Positions 26,446 through 39,640 of a DNA stretch of 64,000 nt are shown here, piece after piece (position 1 is the stretch's first letter; each line of letters starts with the position of its first letter). The notes under the pieces are model-generated. The model ran no database searches. It was not told where the DNA came from and saw only the letters and a list, made by a program, of their open reading frames with translations. Position numbers and translations under genes: made by a program. Source of the stretch: Narcine bancroftii. Lineage: Eukaryota. The DNA lies in contig NC_091473.1 in the NCBI RefSeq assembly GCF_036971445.1, positions 185,008,001 to 185,072,000 of the forward strand. Direction: 5' to 3'.

Positions 26446-26927
26446 CAAGTGAAGCCAAGTCTGCTGAGACCAGGAGTCTGTGTTGCAAGAAACAACCCAC
26501 TGAACAACAATTTCAGAGATTTTGTTTAATCCGAGTGCAGCTGTGTAACTGATTTTGCACATCAGGGGAATATATATTAATGTTTGTAATGTTCTTTGAA
26601 GGGAATTATGAAAATTATCCTTGTGTGGCATGCGTTCAGAGGCACTAATAAGAAAGCTGGTTCGGTTGATTTCGATATTCAGGTTTAACGTTTTCATGCT
26701 GGTCATTTCTAACCTTTCATGATATCTACTCCAGACAAGGCCCCTGGGTAAACGACAGCATGTATACCAGTTCGAAGCGGTAGCTGCTTGGGTGAATAAC
26801 CAGTCCCGGAAAACGGAGACGCGAAGTAGATGAGCTTGTTGGTCGTCACTGAAAACCCCTATGAGTCCAAAGGGATAAATAAATATAATTCAAAACCATT
26901 TATGCAGGAAACAGGAGTGATACACAA

Positions 26928-27145
26928 AGGCGGCTGCTTTGATACAGCAGTTAGGGCAACGAGATTATACAGCGCCAATGATCGTGACCAGATTTCGAAT
27001 CTCGTCGTGTATGAAAGGATTCGGACGTTCTCCCGATGTCTCCTTTTATTTTCCACGGTGACACCAGTTTCCGCCCACCGTTCGCAACATAGCAGGTGCG
27101 TAGGTTAATTGGGCGGCACCGACTCGTGGGACGAAATGACCGGTT
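26928..27145 (+). mobile_element. V-SINE upstream of copy E, without the L1-tail insertion seen in the paralogs
   Basis: Continuous GCAGTTAGGGCAACGAGATTATACAGCGCC...GATTTCGAATC...GTTCTCCCG. Confidence 0.75.
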
Positions 27146-27271
27146 ACCAGGGCAGTGTGTTACTGACGCTCTGCCCACGTTGGGGGGAAATCCCATGTTT
27201 CGAACACAGCGCCCTGTGACAATTCTGTCCAATCTGAGTGTAACTCGGGTCACGGCTCCACACCCACGTTA

Positions 27272-30200
27272 CGAGGATAAAGAGGCGTGGAATCAGAGAG
27301 ATGGAAACAGATGTGTAGAATCAGAGGGAGAGAAACAGAGGTTGGGAAACAGGCGATAGAAACAGGTGTGAAAAAGATATCTGGAAAAAGAGAGGTAGAA
27401 ATAGAGAGGTTGGAACAGAGGTGGGGAATCAGGTTGGTGAAATCAGAGGGGTGGAAATAGACGGGTGGAAACAGAGGGATTGAAAGAGAGGTTGGGAGAC
27501 TAGGACGATAAACAGAGGTGTGAAAGCACCGGGGTGGTAAGAGAGGTTTGGAGACTGAAGGGGAGAAAAAGAGTGGTGGAAACAGAGGGATGTGTCAGGA
27601 GGGTGGTAACAGATGGGTAGAAACAGAGTTGTGTAAACGGAGTGGTAGAAACAGCGGAGAGGAAATAGAGATGGGAAACAGAGGGCCGGAAAGAGATGGG
27701 TGGAATCAGAGGGGTAGAAACCGAGGGATGGAAGCAGAGGTCGAGTAAACAGAGGTGTGGAAACAGAGTGGTGGAAACAAACGTTTAGAAACAGAGGTGG
27801 GGAAACAGGATTCGAAACCGGGGAATAGAAAGAAGGTTGAGGAAACAGAGGTGTGGAAACAGAGGTGTGGAAACAAAAGGATGGAAACAAATGTTAAGAA
27901 AGGAAGGTGGGGAAACAGAGGAGTGGAAACGAGGAGTAGAAACAGGGGTGTGTACACAAATGTGTGGAAACAGAGATGAGGAAACAAAGGGGTGGAACAG
28001 TGGGCTGGAAACAGAAGGGTAGAAACAGATTGGTGGAAGCAGTGTAGGGGAAGGGAGGACTAGAATCGGAGGTGTGGAAACAGAAGGGTGGAAACAGACG
28101 GGTGAAAAGATAGGGTAGAAAATGAGTGAAGGAAACAGGTGTAGAAATAGAGGGGTGGAAGCATAGGTGTGGAAATAGAGGAGTGGAAACTGATTGGTAG
28201 TAACTGAGATGTTGAAAAAAGGGGTAGAAACAGAGAGGTAGAAACTGTGGAGGGGAAACAGAGGTGTAGGAATAGATGGGTGAAAACATAGGTGGGAAAC
28301 AGAGGCGTGGAAAGAGATTTGTACTAAGTGAGGGGTTGAAACAGAGGGATAGAAACAGTGCAGGAGAAACAGAGGTAGTGTCACAGAGCAAAGGAAATAG
28401 CGGGGTTCAATCATAGGGGTGGAAACTGAGGGGTGGAAACAGAGAGGTTAAAACAGAGGTGGAGATTCAAAGGACGATAAACAGAGGTGTGGAAACACAG
28501 AGGGGTGGAAGCTGTGAGGTTTAAAGAGAGGACTAGAATCAGAGGTGGGAAAACCGAGGGGTGGAAACCGATGGGTGGAAAGAGAGGGTAGAAAATGAGT
28601 GGAGGGGGCAGAGGTGCAGAAATTGAGTGGTGCACACATAGGTGGGGAAACACAGGGGTAGAAAAACTGCAGGGGAATCTGAGGTCGGGTCACAGTGCGA
28701 TTGAAATTGTGGGGTGGAAACAGAGGGGTAGAAAAAGTGGAGCGGTATCAACGGTGGGGAACATGTGTTGAAACTGAAGGGTTGAAAGGGAAGGTTAGAA
28801 ACAGAGGCTAGAACCAGAGGTCGAGAAAAGAGGATTGGAAACATTAGTGTGGAAACAAAGGGGATTTAAAAGAGAGGAAGAAACAGAGGTGCAGAAACAG
28901 AAGAGTAAATATATAAGTGGGGAAACAGAGGGCTGGAAACGGATGGGTTGAAAGAAAGGTGGAGAAACAGAGGATTGGGAGAGAAGGATGGAAACAGTGG
29001 GGTAGAAACAGAGGGGTGGAAATATAATGGTGCAAACAGAGTCCTGGAATCAGAGGTGGCGAAATAGAGGTGGGAAAATAGGCGTTTTTAAATTAAGGTT
29101 TGGAAAAGGAGAGGAAGAAAGAGTGGATGGGAAACAGAGGTGGTGAAACAGAAGGGGGGAACAGTGGAATAGAAACATAATAGTCAAACAGAGGGGAAGA
29201 AACAAGGGTTGGGAAAAAGAGCACTGGAAACAGAGGAGTGGAAAGAGAGGGGTAGAAACAGAGGGGTAGAAACAATGGTCGGGAAACAGATGAGTGGTAT
29301 CAGAGATATCGAAACAGAGGTGGAGGAACAGAGCGGGGGAAACCCAGGTGGGGTTACAGAGGTGAGCAATCAGCGGAGTGGAATTAGAGGGGTAGGACCA
29401 TGGGGTTAGAAACAGAGGTGGGAAAACAAGCGATTGGAAACAGAGGGGTGGAAAAAAGAGTTTGGAAATAGAGAGGTAGAAACAGAGCAGTAAATTCAGA
29501 GGGATGGAAACTGATGTGCAACGGAGGTGTGGAAGCATAGGGGTAGAAACAGAGGAGTTGAAACAGTGGAGTAGAAACAGAGGGGAGGAGTCAGAGGGGT
29601 GATAACATAGGGGGAGAAACAGAGATGTGTAATAAAAGAGGTAGAAACGGAGGTGGGAAAACAAATGGGTTGAAACAGAGGAATGGGAATAGAGTGGAGG
29701 AAACAGGATTAGAAACAGAGGGGTAGTAACATTGGTGGGGAAACTGAAGATTAGAGACCGAGGGGTAGTAACAAATGAGTTGAAGCAGAGGTAGTGAAAT
29801 AGAGCATTGTAAACAAGGGTGGAAACAATGGATAGAAACAATGGGGTTGAAACAAAGGTCGTGAAAAAAATGGGCGGAGTCAGAGTGGTGGAAACAGATG
29901 TGGAGAAAGAGAGTGGGGAAAAAGCTGGGGGGAAACGGAGGTGGGGATACCGAAGTGTGAACAAAGGCCTGTGGTAACAGAGAGGTAGAAGCAGAGGGAC
30001 TGAAACAAAGGATTGGAAAATGAGGTCTTTCATCAGAGGGTTAAAACAGAGGTTGAGAAACAGATGTGGAGATACAGAATATGGATAAAAGGTGCGGAAA
30101 CATAGTGTTGGAAACTGAGGGGTGGTGTCGGATGGGTGATAACATATGGGTAGAAACAGTGGAGGGTAAACAGAGGTGTGGAAACAGAGGGATGGAAACA

Positions 30201-33200
30201 CAGGACTGGAAACAGAGGGGTGGAAACAGGTGTGAAAACATGATTAGAAACAGTGCTGTGGAATTAGAGGGGTGGAAACAAAAGTGGAGCAACAGAAGGG
30301 GGAATCGGTTCTGGGGAAACAGATGTGAGAATGCAGAGAGGTAGAAACAGAAGGGCTGTAACAGAGGATTGGAAACAGATGTGTAGAAACAGAGTTTTAG
30401 AAACAGATGGGTGGAAACAGTGGTGTGGAAACAGAGGATTAGAATCCGAGGGATAGAAAAGAGAGGTAGAAACAGTGGAGGATAAACTGAGGTGGGGAAT
30501 CAGGCTATTTGAAGCAGAGGTGTGGAATCAGAGGGGGTGGAAATTGAGGTGTGGAAACAGAGGGGTGGAAACTGAGGTGAGGAAACAGAGGGGTGGAAAC
30601 TGAGTTGTGCAAAGAGAGGGATAGTAACAGAGGGGTAGAAACAGAAGAGATTAAACAGAGGGGTCGATATAGAGGTCGGGAAACAGATGGGTTGAATCAG
30701 AGGCATGGAAACAGAGGTAGAAAAACCGAAAGGGAAACAGTTGAGGGGAAACAGAGGAAGGGATACAGGGGTGTGAAGAAAGAGGTGCGGAAACAGAGAG
30801 GTAGAAACTGAGGGGCTGAAAAAGAGGATTGAAAACAGGGGCTGGCATCAGAGGTGTAGAAACAGAGGGCTGGAAAGAGAGGGGAAGAAACAGTGGAGCG
30901 TAAACAGAGGTGTGGAAACTCCGGAGTGGGAACAGAGGGGTGGAGTCAGAGGGGTGGTAACGGAGGGGCAGAAACAGATGTCGGGAAACATACGGGTGGA
31001 AACGGAGGGGTGGAAACAAAGATGCAGAAACAGAGTTGTGTAAAAAGAGCAGTGGAAACAGTGGATGGTAAACTGAGGTGGGATAACAAAGGGGTGGAAA
31101 CAGAGACGTGGAAACAGGGAATGGGGTGGAAATAAAGGTCGGGAATCAGATGGATGAAATCAGAGGGATTGAAACAGAGAGGTAGAAACAGAGGGGCTGA
31201 AACAGAGGATTGGAAACAGGGTCTGGAATCATAGGTCTAGAAACAGAGGGGTAAAAACAGAGGTGCAGAAGCTGAGGTGGGGAAACCAGTGTGGAAATAC
31301 AGAGATGGAAACGGAGAGTTGGAAACTTGAGTGGAAGAAACAGAGGGTTTGAAACAGAGGGGTGGAATCAGTGGGGTGGAAACAGAGGGTTGGAAACTGT
31401 GGGGTAGGAACAGAGGGGTGGATACAAAGGTGTGGTAACAGAGGGGTCTGGAAACATAGGACTGGAAAAAGAGGAGTGGAAACGGACGTCTGGAAACGTA
31501 GGGGTTGAAACAGGGGTGTGGAATCAGAGGGGAGGAAACAGAGGGGTGGAAACTAACGGGGGGGGAAACAGAAGGGTTGAAACAGAGGTGCAGAAACAGT
31601 CGTGTGAAACGATCGGTAGAAACAGTGGAGTGGAAGCAGAGGTGGGAGAACAAAAGGGTGGAAACAAAGAAGTGGAAACAGAGAAGTGGAAACATGGAGG
31701 AGAAACAGAGGTGGGGATACAGCATTACTTAGGGAAGGGTGGAATCAGTGGGTAAGGAACAGAGGGTGGAAAGAAAGGTCGGAAAAGAGATGGGTGGAAT
31801 CAGAAGGGTGGAAAGAGAGAAGTAAAAACAGAGGCACTGAAACATAAGATTGGAAACAGGGGCTGGAAACAGGGCTAGAAAGAGAGGTGGAAAAACAGAG
31901 ATGGAGAAACAGAGGTGGGGAAATAGAGTTTTGGCAACACAGAGGTGGAAACAGAGAGATGGAAACTGAGGGGAAGAAACAGAGTGGTGGAAATTGGGTG
32001 GGGTCAAAGGGGTCGTAACAGAGGGGCAGAAACAAAGTTGGGTCAAATGAACGGTATAAATAGTGGAGGGGAAACAGAGGTGGGAAAACAAAGGGGTGGA
32101 AGTGTAGAAACAGAAGTAAATAAATAGAGGATTGGAGACAGAGGTGTGGAAACAAAGTGAAATGAGAAGAGAGGAGGAAACTGAGGCGTAAAAACAGAAG
32201 GGTAACATCAGAAGTGGGGACAGAGAAGAACGAGAGTGGGAGAATCCAATGTTGGGAAATATCTGAGTGGAATTAGAGGGCTGCAAAAAGAGAAGTGAAA
32301 CAGAAGGGTAGATGAGTGGAAACAGAGGGGTGGAAAGTGAGGTGTGGAAACAGAGGGGTAGTAACTGAGGGGTAGAAATAGAGGGATTGAAACAGAGATG
32401 CGGAAACAGGCAATGGAAACAGCGGTGTGGCAAAAGGTGTGGAAACAGGGGAGTAGAAATAGTGCAGGTGAAACAGAGGTGGGAAACAGGATTGGAAAAT
32501 GGGGGATACAATCAGAGGGGTAAAAATAGAGGTGGAGAAACAGAAGAGAAAGTAAGGTGGGGAAACAAATGTGTGGAAACACAGGGGTGGAAAATGGGTT
32601 GAAAATTGAGGGAGAGTAGCAGAGGGGTAGAAACAGAGGAATGGAAACTGAGAGGTGGAAACAGAGGGCAAGAAACACGTGTTGAAACAAAGGTGGTAAG
32701 AGAAGGGTAGAAACAAAAGGGTAGAAATAAAGGAGGGTAAACAGAGGATTGGAAACAAATGTGGAAACAAAGGGTTATAAAAAGAGAGGAGGTAAAAGGT
32801 GTTGAAACAAAAGCGTATAAACATAAGTAGGGAAACAGAGGGTTGGAAACAGTGGGGTAGAAACTGAAGGATAGAAAAAGAGAGGAGAGGAAACAGAGGT
32901 GAGAACTAAAGTTGGAGAAATAGAAGTGTGGAAACAGAGGTGTGTTAACACAGGGTTGGAAACAAGCAATTGGAAACTGAGGGGGCGAAAGAGGATGGTT
33001 GAAACCGAGGGTACAAACGAAGGTCTGGAATCAAATGGGTGGAATCAGAGGAGTAGAAACAGAGGTTGAGGATCAGAGTGGGAAGCAGTTGAGGGGAAAC
33101 TGATGTGGGGATAGATAGGTATGGAAACAGAAGGTTGGAATCAAAGTGATGGAATCAGAGGGGTAGAAACAGAGGTCGGGAAATAGATGGGTGGAATCAA

Positions 33201-36156
33201 TGGGGTGCAAATAGAGGTGGGGAAATGAGGTGGGGAAACAGAGGTGCAGAAATAGGGAGTTGGAAACAGAGGGGTGTTAACACAGGGTTGGAAACAGGGG
33301 GTTGGAAACTGAGGGGGCGAAATAGGGTAGTTGAAACCGAGGAAAACAAACGCAGGTCGGGAAACAAATGGGTGGAATCAGAGGGGTGGAAACAGAGGTG
33401 GAGGAACAGAGGGGGAAGCAGTTGAGGGGAAACAGAGGTGGGGATAGAGAGGTGTGGAAACAGAAGGTTGGAATCAGGCGGGTGGAAACAGATGGGTGTA
33501 ATTAGTTGGGTGCAAATAGAGGTGGGGAAAAGAGGTGGGGAAATAGAGGTGCAGAAACAGAGTGGTGGAAAGAGAAGGGTGTAAACAGAGGGGTAGAATC
33601 AGAAGAGTATAAAGAGGTGGGGAAACAGGCGATTGGAAACAGAGTTGTGGAAAGAGAGGGTGGAAACAGAGGAGTAGAAAGAGTGCTGGGGTAACAGAGG
33701 AGGGGAAAAGCGGATTGGAATCAGGTGTCTACAAATAGAGGGGTAAACATAGAGGTGGAGAAACAGAGGTGGAGAAACTAAGGGAGAGATGCAGAGGGGT
33801 AGAGAGAGGGGTATGGAGACTGAGGTGGAAACAGAAGTGTGGGAACAAAGGGGTATGAAAAGAGTGGAAATAGAGGTGTGTTAATATAGTGGTGTAAACA
33901 GCGGGGTGGTAATTAAGGGGTAGAATCTGACGGGAAACAGAGCTGGGGAATCTGAGGTGTGGAAACAGAGGGTTGGAATCAAAGTGGTGGAATGAGAGTG
34001 GTAGAAACAGAGGTCAGGAGACAGATGGGTGGAATCAGTTGGGTGAAAGAAGAGGTAGTGAAAAGAGGTGGGGAATCAGAGTGGTGGAAACAGAGGAGAG
34101 TAAACAGAGGGGTAGAATCAGTAGAGTACAAACAGGTGGCAAAACAAGCGATTGGAAACAAAGTTGTGGAAATAGATGGATGGAAACAGTGAGGTAGAAA
34201 CAGAGGAGTAATTTCAGAGTGGTGGAAACGGAAGCATGGAAGCAGAGGAATTAAAACAGAGCAGTGGAAACAGAGGGGTTGAATCAGAGGGATGGAAACA
34301 GTGAGGTAAAAACAGTGAGGGGTAACAGAGTTCGGGAAGCAGAGGTGGGGATAGAGAGGTGTCGAAACAGAGGGTTGGAATCAAAGTGATGGAATCAGGC
34401 GGGTGGAAACAGATGGGTGTAATTAGTGGGGTGCAAATAGAGGTGGGGAAAAGAGGTGGGGAAACAGAGGTGCAGAAACAGAGTGGTGGAAAGAGAAGGG
34501 TGTAAACAGAGGGGTAGAATCAGAAGAGTATAAACAAGTGGGGAAACAGGAGATTGGAAACAGAGTTGTGGAAAGAGAGGGGTGGAAACAGAGATGTAGA
34601 AACAGTGGAGTAAATCCAGATGGGTGGAAACGGAGGTGTGGAAGCAGAGGGATAAATCAGAGTGGTAGAAATAGAGCGATCGAAACAGAGTTGTGGAAAC
34701 AGACAATGGAAACAGATGTGGAAAAAGATGTGTTGAAACAGAGGAGAAGAAACAGTGCAGGGGAAACAGAGGAGGGAAAATGTGGATTGGAATCAGGGGT
34801 CTACAAATAGAGGGGTAAACATAGAGGTGGAGAAACAGAAGTGGAGGAACTAAGGTGGGGAAACAGTGGTGTGGAAACACAGGGGTGGAAACAGAGGGTT
34901 GGAAACTGAGGGAGAGAAGCAGAGGGGTAGAAAGAGGGGAATGGAGACTGAGAGGTAGAAACAGAGGTGTGGAAAGAAAGGGGTATAAAAAGGGAGGAGG
35001 AAACAGGTGACGAAACAGAAGCATATAAACATAAGTGGGGAAACAGAACGTTGGAAACAGAGGGGTAGAAATTGAAAGGTAGAAAAAGAGATTAGAGTAA
35101 ACAGAGATTAGAGTAAACTGAGGTGGGAACCAAAGGCGGGGAAATGGAGGTGTGGAAATAGAGGTGTGTTAATATAGGGGTGGAAACAGCGGGGTCGTAA
35201 TTAAGGGGTAGAATCTGACGAGAAACAGAGCTGGGGAATCTGAGGTGTGGAAACAGAGGGTTGGCATCAAAGTGGTGGAATCAGAGTGGTAAAAAGAGAG
35301 ATCGGGTGACTGATGTGTGGAATCAGTGGGGTGAAAGAAGAGGTTGTGAAAATAGGTGGGGAAACAGAGGGGTGGAAACAGAGGAGTGTACACAGAGGGG
35401 TAGAATCACAGGAGTAGAAAGAGGTGGGGAAACAGGCGATTGGAAACAGAGTTGTGGAAAAAGAGGGGTGGGAACAGAGGTGTAGAATCATAGGTGTCAA
35501 TTCAGAGTGGTTGAAACGGAGGCGTGGAAGCACACGTATAGGAACAGAGTGGTAGAAATAAAGGGATCACACAGAGGTGTGGAAAATGGCAATGGAAAAA
35601 GAGGGGTGAGAAACTGCAGGGGAAAACGAGGTGGGGAAACAACGGTAGGGAAAGAGAGGTGTGGAAACAAAGGGTTGGAATCAAAGTGATGTAATTATAG
35701 GGGTAGAAACAGATGGGTGAAATCAGTGGGGTGAAGAAAGAGGTGGGGAAACAGGTTCAGAAACAAAGGGGTGTAAATAGAGGGGTGTATATAGAGGGGT
35801 GGAATCAGAGGAGTATAAACAGGTGGTGAAACAGGCGATTGGAGACAGAGTTGTGGAGAAAGAGGGGTGGAAACAGAGAGGTAGAGACAGAGGAGTAAAT
35901 TCAGAGTGGTGGAAACGGAGGTGTGGAAGCAGAGGGATAAATCAGAGGAGTAGAAATAGAGCGATCGAAACAGAATTGTGGAAACAGACATTGGAAACAG
36001 AGGTGTGGAAAAATATGTGTTGAAACAGAGGAGTATAAACAGTGCAGGGGAAACAGAGGAGGGAAAAAGCGATTTGGAATCAGGGGTCCACAAATAGAGG
36101 GGTAAACATATAGGGGGAGAAACAGAGGTGGAGAAACTAAGGTGGGGAAACAGGTG
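27272..36156 (+). repeat. Degenerate 14-bp satellite (consensus GGAAACAGAGGGGT), purine-rich strand, with higher-order repeats
   Basis: Hundreds of GGAAACAGAG / GGAATCAGAG monomers; landmark variants recur at ~1.29 kb spacing. Confidence 0.95.
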
Positions 36157-38740
36157 CCTGGAAGAAATGAACCAGATGGAAGAAACACAAAACTTGCCAG
36201 TTTGATGTAAGACAGCAATAATTAGAGTAATACCAAAGACGGGATGGATCAATTAACACCAGCATCATATAGACCGATATCTCTACTTAATTCAGATTAT
36301 AAGATAATAGCAAAATTATTAGCAAACAGATTGGCCGACTGTGTACAAAAAATAGTAAAGCAAGCTCAAACTGGATTTATGAAGAAAAGACAAACAACGA
36401 ATAATGTCCGTAAATTTATTAAACTAATTAATGCATTTCAAGAAATCAAAAAGCCATCAGAGGCTGTTGCATTAGATACTGAAAAGCTTTTGACAGAGCA
36501 GAGTTGAATTATTTATTTAAAGTATAACAGAGGTTCAATCTACCAGAACAATATATTATTTGTTTAAAGCAATGGTGAAATTAACAGTTAATTGATATGT
36601 ATTAAACCAATTAAATTAAGTAGGTCAACTAGACAAGGATGTCCATTATCCCCCTTACTTTTCTCCTTAGCAATAGAACAATTGGCAGAACAGAAAATAA
36701 AAGAAAAGGGATTAAAATAAAGGAGAAGGAGTATAAAATCAGTTTATTTGCAGGTGACATCATAGTATACATAACAACCCGAAATATCAATAAAAGAATT
36801 ACGTAAGAAATTGAACGAGTATGGAGAAATATCGGGGGAAAGGATCAATGCAAATCAGAGTGAAGTGATGCCAATGAGTAATACGAATTATAGAGAATTT
36901 AAAAAAAGAATCACCATTTAAATGGAAAACACAAGCAATCCGATACCTAGGTATGAGGGTAGATAATACCTTAAGCCATCTGTATAAATTAAATTAGAAG
37001 CCACAAATAAAGAAATTGCTGGAAGACTTTGAACATTGGAAAGAATTACCGCTAACGTTGATAGGGCGGGTAAACTGCATTAAAATGAATATCGTAGGAA
37101 GGATTTTATTGTAATCGTTAACAATTCCCTTAATGGAGAAATTATTTAATGAACTAAAGAGAATTATTTGGAAATTCTTCTGGAAAGGGGGGAAACGAGG
37201 ATAGCATTGGATAAATTAACAGTGATGTGTAACAAAATTGGTTTGCAGTAACCAAACTTTAAAACTTATAATAGAGCAGCACAATTAATGTATTTATCAG
37301 AATTTTACCAGGCTGGACTAAGAGAGAGCTAGATAAAAGAGGAGAGAATGTACCAGAACATATTCTTTATATGTAGAACGAGTATGGAGAAATATCGGGC
37401 TTCAAGATCAATGAAAATAAAAGGGAAGTGATGCCATTGGATAACGCAGATTATCCAGAATTTAAAAAAAGAATCACTATGAAATGGCAAACCAAAGCAA
37501 TCTGTTACCTAGATATAAGGTTAGATAATAACTTAAGACACCTGTACAAATTAAATTATCAGGCACTAATAAAGAAATTACATGAAGACTTAGAATATTG
37601 TAATGAATTACTGCTAATGTTGATAGGGTGGATAAATTGCATTGAAATGAATATCTTCTCAAGGATAAAATACTTATTTCAATCGTTATCAATTTCCTTA
37701 ACACAGAAATTCTTTACTTAACTAAAGATAATAGTAAGTAAATTCATGTGGAAGTGGGGGACTGAGGATAACATTAGATAAATTAACAGAGAGGTATAAC
37801 TAAGATGGTTTGCAGTTAACAACCTTTAAATAAATTATAGAGCAGGACAATTAAGGTATTTATCAGATTTGTACCAGACAAGGGAAAAACAAGACTGAAG
37901 TCATATAGAACTAGATAAAAGATGGAGAAGGAACCCGAAAATAATTTATAAGTGGGATGAAAAGCTGGTACGATATAAAAGCTCACCAGTATTGCATCAT
38001 TTATTCAATATATGGAAGAGGATCCACTTAGAATGGAAAACATAAACAAATTATCAATTATCAAAATTAATATTGACGCAAAATCCGCTAATCCATTTTA
38101 CTATAGATAACCTTTCCTTTAGAGAATGGGAGAGAAAAGGAATCAAAATATTAGAAAATTTGTTTTTTGGGGGAAATAATTTATCAACATTTATACAGTT
38201 GAAGTACAAATATGGAATAACTCATGGTAAAATATTTGCATATCATCAATTCAAAGCTTATTTAAAGGATAAATAGGGCAACAGACTGAGATTACCAGAA
38301 GAAAGCAGCTTTGAATATGTGATTTCAGGCACAATGATAATAAAGGATTTATAACGAACATGTACATTAAGCTGCAATATAAGAAAAATGATGAAATAAG
38401 CTATAAACCCAAACAAAAGTTGGAAAAGGATTTCAACATAAAGATTAAAAAATGAAACATGGGAAAAGTTATATTCTGGAACTATAAAGAGTATAATAAA
38501 CACAAGGTTACGCATGATACAGTATAATTGGTTTCACAGGTTATATAGCACACTCCAAATGTTAAGGAAATGGAATCCAACAAAATCAGATAGATGTTTT
38601 CGCTGTAAGAAGGAAATGGGAACAACAGTACATGCAATTTGAAAGTGAAAATGTTTTGGAAAGATCGAAATCAGATATTAAATAAAATCATAAAAAATAA
38701 CATACCAAAGAATCGAGAAATCTTTCTTCTAAGTTATATA
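36157..38740 (+). mobile_element. Decayed L1 ORF2 RT to C-terminal fragment with a ~560-bp internal duplication
   Basis: [55 protein letters not shown]; many stops. Confidence 0.9.
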
Positions 38741-38856
38741 TGACTATATCGTACATTAATTAATTTTGTAACACTATCCAGGCACATATCTGACCACGCG
38801 TCCACTGAGATAGGAATAGATTGATTTTTTTCACATTTATTCTTTATTATACATAC

Positions 38857-38901
<45 letters not shown>

Positions 38902-39412
38902 GTTATATTTTCCTGAAATAATAGGTAGATTTATGAAATAAATCCCTTTTTACCCTTATCAACAATTAATCTCTCAAATTTCGTATGACCAGGTAATATT
39001 AACTCTCCAACCTAGCTTTCCAATACAGATCTCGTACTAAATAATAAGCAAATAAAGTGTTTTTCATATACCAAATTTATCTCTTAGACTATTAAATGAA
39101 AGAAACAAATCTATTTTAAAGCAATCCGCCACTAATATTATTCCTTTTCCTTCCCAATCATTCAAATAAGGATTATTCAAAGAAAATAAAATGGTCTGAT
39201 TCTGATATAATGGTGCTTTAACTAAACTTTTACCATTCGATCCTATCAGATGATTCCATTTCCACCAAACCCCAATCAAATGTTTCAATACTGGCAGTAT
39301 ATACTGCTGTAAGAACGATGGATTACATTTATATATAAAATAATGTACAGTTCTTTCCTCTATTTGATCCATCGCCACCTTCTCCCAGAGGAGAAGCTGA
39401 TCAATATCAAAT
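38741..39412 (-). mobile_element. Second-subfamily L1 fragment, inverted paralog of 21556-22200, with an expanded (TA)n at ~38848-38897
   Basis: Same 5' junction (ATTTATGAC|T.TTTGATATTGATC) as at 21547; ORF 39064..39378 PLYQNQTILFSLNNPYLNDW. Confidence 0.85.
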
Positions 39413-39504
39413 AGTCATAAATGGCGTCTTTAAAAAGAGCTTCGGGCACAATCGCCTGGTCTCTGTTCGAAGCATTTGCTGCAGCTCGAGTGAAGACCCA
39501 ATCC

Positions 39505-39640
39505 TCCATTTGCTCTACACCCATGACTTTGTGTCCAGGCGCAATTCAAATGCAAGCTGCAAATTTGCCGACGACGCCACGGTTGCCTGCAGGATCACAA
39601 ACAGCGATGAGGAAGCCAATAAGAGGGAAATAGGTAAGCT
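39505..39640 (+). mobile_element. Rex1/Babar LINE reverse transcriptase fragment, one per repeat unit
   Basis: LYTHDFVSRRNSNASCKFADDATVACRITNSDEEANKREI; copies at ~3190-3270(-), 11035-11165(-), 21345-21455(-), 53595-53730(+). Confidence 0.85.

Noticed and set aside
27429-36252. Long Pro/Leu/Phe-rich ORFs (e.g. 383 aa at 29050-30201, 260 aa at 31729-32511)
   Set aside because: Translation artefacts of the pyrimidine-rich satellite strand, which rarely forms stop codons; open in all frames with the same low-complexity motif
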